This document shows positions 1 to 64,000 of a stretch of 64,000 nucleotides of DNA, piece by piece. The stretch comes from Eledone cirrhosa. Taxonomy: Eukaryota. Both the position numbers and the translations under genes were made by a program. The first letter of the stretch is position 1. Each line of letters opens with the position of its first letter. The stretch is from assembly GCA_964016885.1 (NCBI GenBank), contig OZ024756.1, positions 17,732,001 to 17,796,000 of the forward strand. Reading direction: 5' to 3'. Below the pieces are notes generated by a model. It was not told where the DNA came from, ran no database searches, and saw only the letters and a program-made list of their open reading frames with translations.

Positions 1-733
1 TATGAGTCTTGATATTCTTTCATGTCTCATTGGTGGTCTGTTTGGAAGCATAGAGTTACTAAAAATCATCACACACAAACACATATGCACAACCACACAC
101 ACAAACAAACACACATATACATACACACATGCATCATGAACAAAATAACACATGTAAACTAATGACCTATAATCAAATCTCAAGCTTCGGATTCTGACAA
201 TGAAGTCCTCACAAATCATATTTGCCTCCTTAGTATAAAAGAGGCAGCTACATATAAATGCAAACAACACAACATTCATTCTGAAGATGAGACTGTGAAA
301 GGCTAGAAACTTTGCTGATGGTGAGTTTCAAGTCTTTATAGTTCCCAGTAAGAAATTTGTGAGAGAATATGAAAGAAAAAAAAACTTGAACAACAGTTGT
401 GTTTTTAATACAGCATATACCATTATCATCATTCATTTAACATACATAAATATACATACATTCATATATATATATATATATATTCACATAAATATATATA
501 TATATATTCACACAAATATATATATATACATGCATACAAATATATATACATACACACACACATATATACATATATATATGCACATACACACTCATACACA
601 TATATATATATACAAATATATATACATATATATATATACAAATTTATAAGTATATATGTATATACATATATACATATATATATATTTATATATACATATA
701 TATATATATACATATATATATATCCAAGGGAAT

Positions 734-1117
734 ATATACGATATTAAATAAATGGAAACTATATTTATAAAACCATATTTATTTCATTATACATATTTCA
801 GGGATATCAAATTAAAATATGGTATGCCTTCATCAGACAAAATACAATATATAAACAGTTTTATAAATAATTTTGACGTACCCTATTAGATGCGACCATT
901 ATTTTTGGAAGCTGTCTGGATAGTGAGATGTTTATAAATTATTTTATTAGTTAGAAAAAAGACGGAGAGAAAAAAAAAAATTATTTATAAAACTGTTTAT
1001 ATATTGTATTTTGTCTGATGAAGGCATACCATATTTTAATTTGGTATCCCTGAAATATGTATAATGAAATAAATATGGTTTTATAAATATAGTTTCCATT
1101 TATTTAATATCGTATAT
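734..1117. mobile_element. About 140-bp inverted repeat with hammerhead-like core; probable Penelope-like pLTR remnant
   Basis: Arms 734-874 and 977-1117 are near-perfect reverse complements; each contains CTGATGA-stem-GAAA. Confidence 0.6.
1007..1071 (+). ncRNA. Minimal type I hammerhead ribozyme-like motif
   Basis: tattttgt-CTGATGA-AGGCATACC/GGTATCCCT-GAAA-TATGTA-TA-ATGAAATA; stems I and II pair by eye. Confidence 0.5.
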
Positions 1118-1203
1118 CTACTCCAAAAACTTGTTGAGTGCTTTATATCAGTTATAAAATATTTACTTGTTGTATCCCAACAATTTTAAATAGAACTTTT
1201 GCA

Positions 1204-1243
<40 letters not shown>

Positions 1244-1259
1244 CATAAATATAAGTATG

Positions 1260-1310
<51 letters not shown>

Positions 1311-1382
1311 GTATATATATATATGTATATATATATGTATATATGTATATGTATATATATATGTATACATACATATATATAT

Positions 1383-1415
<33 letters not shown>

Positions 1416-1429
1416 TAAATATAAGTATG

Positions 1430-1462
<33 letters not shown>

Positions 1463-1502
1463 GTATATATATATGTATATATATATATGTATATATATAT
1501 GT

Positions 1503-1560
<58 letters not shown>

Positions 1561-1583
1561 ATATATATATTTATAAATATATA

Positions 1584-1677
<94 letters not shown>

Positions 1678-1817
1678 CTTATATTTATATATTTATATAT
1701 GTATATATACACATTTTTATACGAGTGATTGCATTGTGTCATATAATCATGTTACACTCAATTTCTTTGTTTCAACACTTCTTTAGTCATTATTCTTTAA
1801 ACTTTATAAACCATGTT

Positions 1818-1823
1818 TTTATT
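1818..1823 (-). terminator. Candidate polyadenylation signal AATAAA
   Basis: Follows the candidate stop; the hexamer is common in AT-rich DNA. Confidence 0.35.
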
Positions 1824-1865
1824 CTTCTTCCTGTTGTTCATGTTATTTAAAGGATTCTCTCCTCA

Positions 1866-63072
<61,207 letters not shown>

Positions 63073-63156
63073 CTGAAGAATAAAGAATAAAGAATATGCT
63101 GTTAAATACTAAACAAATATATATTTTCATTTTTCCTTTTTTTCAATTCGTAATAT

Positions 63157-63855
63157 GGACTGTACAATTATTGAGGTTTCAATGTGACCTGGGTCTCTGA
63201 GAACCACTGGACTATACAGTTATTCAGGTATGAATGTGGCCTGGGTCTCTGAGAACCACTGGACTATACAGTTATTCAGGTATGAATGTGGCCTGGGTCT
63301 CTGAGAACCACTGGACTATACAGTTATTCAGGTATGAATGTGGCCTGGGTCTCTGAGAACCACTGGACTATACAGTTATTCAGGTATGAATGTGGCCTGG
63401 GTCTCTGAGAACCACTGGACTATACAGTTATTCAGGTATGAATGTGGCCTGGGTCTCTGAGAACCACTGGACTATACAGTTATTCAGGTATGAATGTGAC
63501 CTGGGTCTCTGAGAACCACTGGACTATACAGTTATTCAGGTATGAATGTGGCCTGGGTCTCTGAGAACCACTGGACTATACAGTTATTCAGGTATGAATG
63601 TGACCTGGGTCTCTGAGAACCACTGGACTATACAGTTATTCAGGTATGAATGTGACCTGGGTCTCTGAGAACCACTGGACTATACAGTTATTCAGGTTTC
63701 AATGTGGCCTGGGTCTCTGAGAACCACTGGACTATACAGTTATTCAGGTTTCAATGTGGCCTGGGTCTCTGAGAACCACTGGACTATACAGTTATTCAGG
63801 TTTCAATGTGGCCTGGGTCTCTGAGAACCGCTGGACTATACAGATATTGAGGTTT
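63157..63855. repeat. 52-bp minisatellite, about 13 copies
   Basis: tggactatacagttattcaggtatgaatgtggcctgggtctctgagaaccac. Confidence 0.9.
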
Positions 63856-64000
63856 GAAAAGCTTGCTTATGTCAGTTCAGTGCTCCAGTGAAAAACTATT
63901 ACATGACAATTCAAAATGGAGGAAGAATTGAGGAAAGCTGGGATTGGAAGAAGAGGAATATGATTTTGTGGCCTGGGTCTCTTAATGCCATTGATAAAGA

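Overview
AT-rich, microsatellite- and SINE-dense eukaryotic DNA; the repeat content looks like an octopus/cephalopod genome (inference). Most listed ORFs are microsatellite artefacts. By hand I can build one large minus-strand gene spanning nearly the whole window, with its 5' end outside it: about 35 AG/GT-bounded exons, every junction in phase 1, encoding roughly 2,400 aa. Domain order: classical EGF, a divergent C-type lectin domain (2 exons), then 30 Cys-rich EGF-like modules of the SREC/MEGF10 (laminin-EGF-like) type, one per exon. Nineteen of these modules sit in a very recent higher-order tandem amplification (35-51 kb). Two later modules are preceded by extreme His/Arg/Gly low-complexity blocks (a 1,632-bp exon with 43 RPAHRH-type hexapeptides and 13 HG[C/F]RHFHGHG units; a 387-bp Gly-His exon). 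No in-frame transmembrane exon was found, so the product is probably a secreted metal-binding, structural, adhesive or immune protein. Introns hold RTE- and CRE-like LINE fragments, tRNA-derived SINEs, mariner/hAT/piggyBac-type MITEs (one expanded into a 2.3-kb satellite), several minimal hammerhead-ribozyme-like motifs and a minisatellite made of CRE sites. All exon joins are predicted, without transcript evidence.
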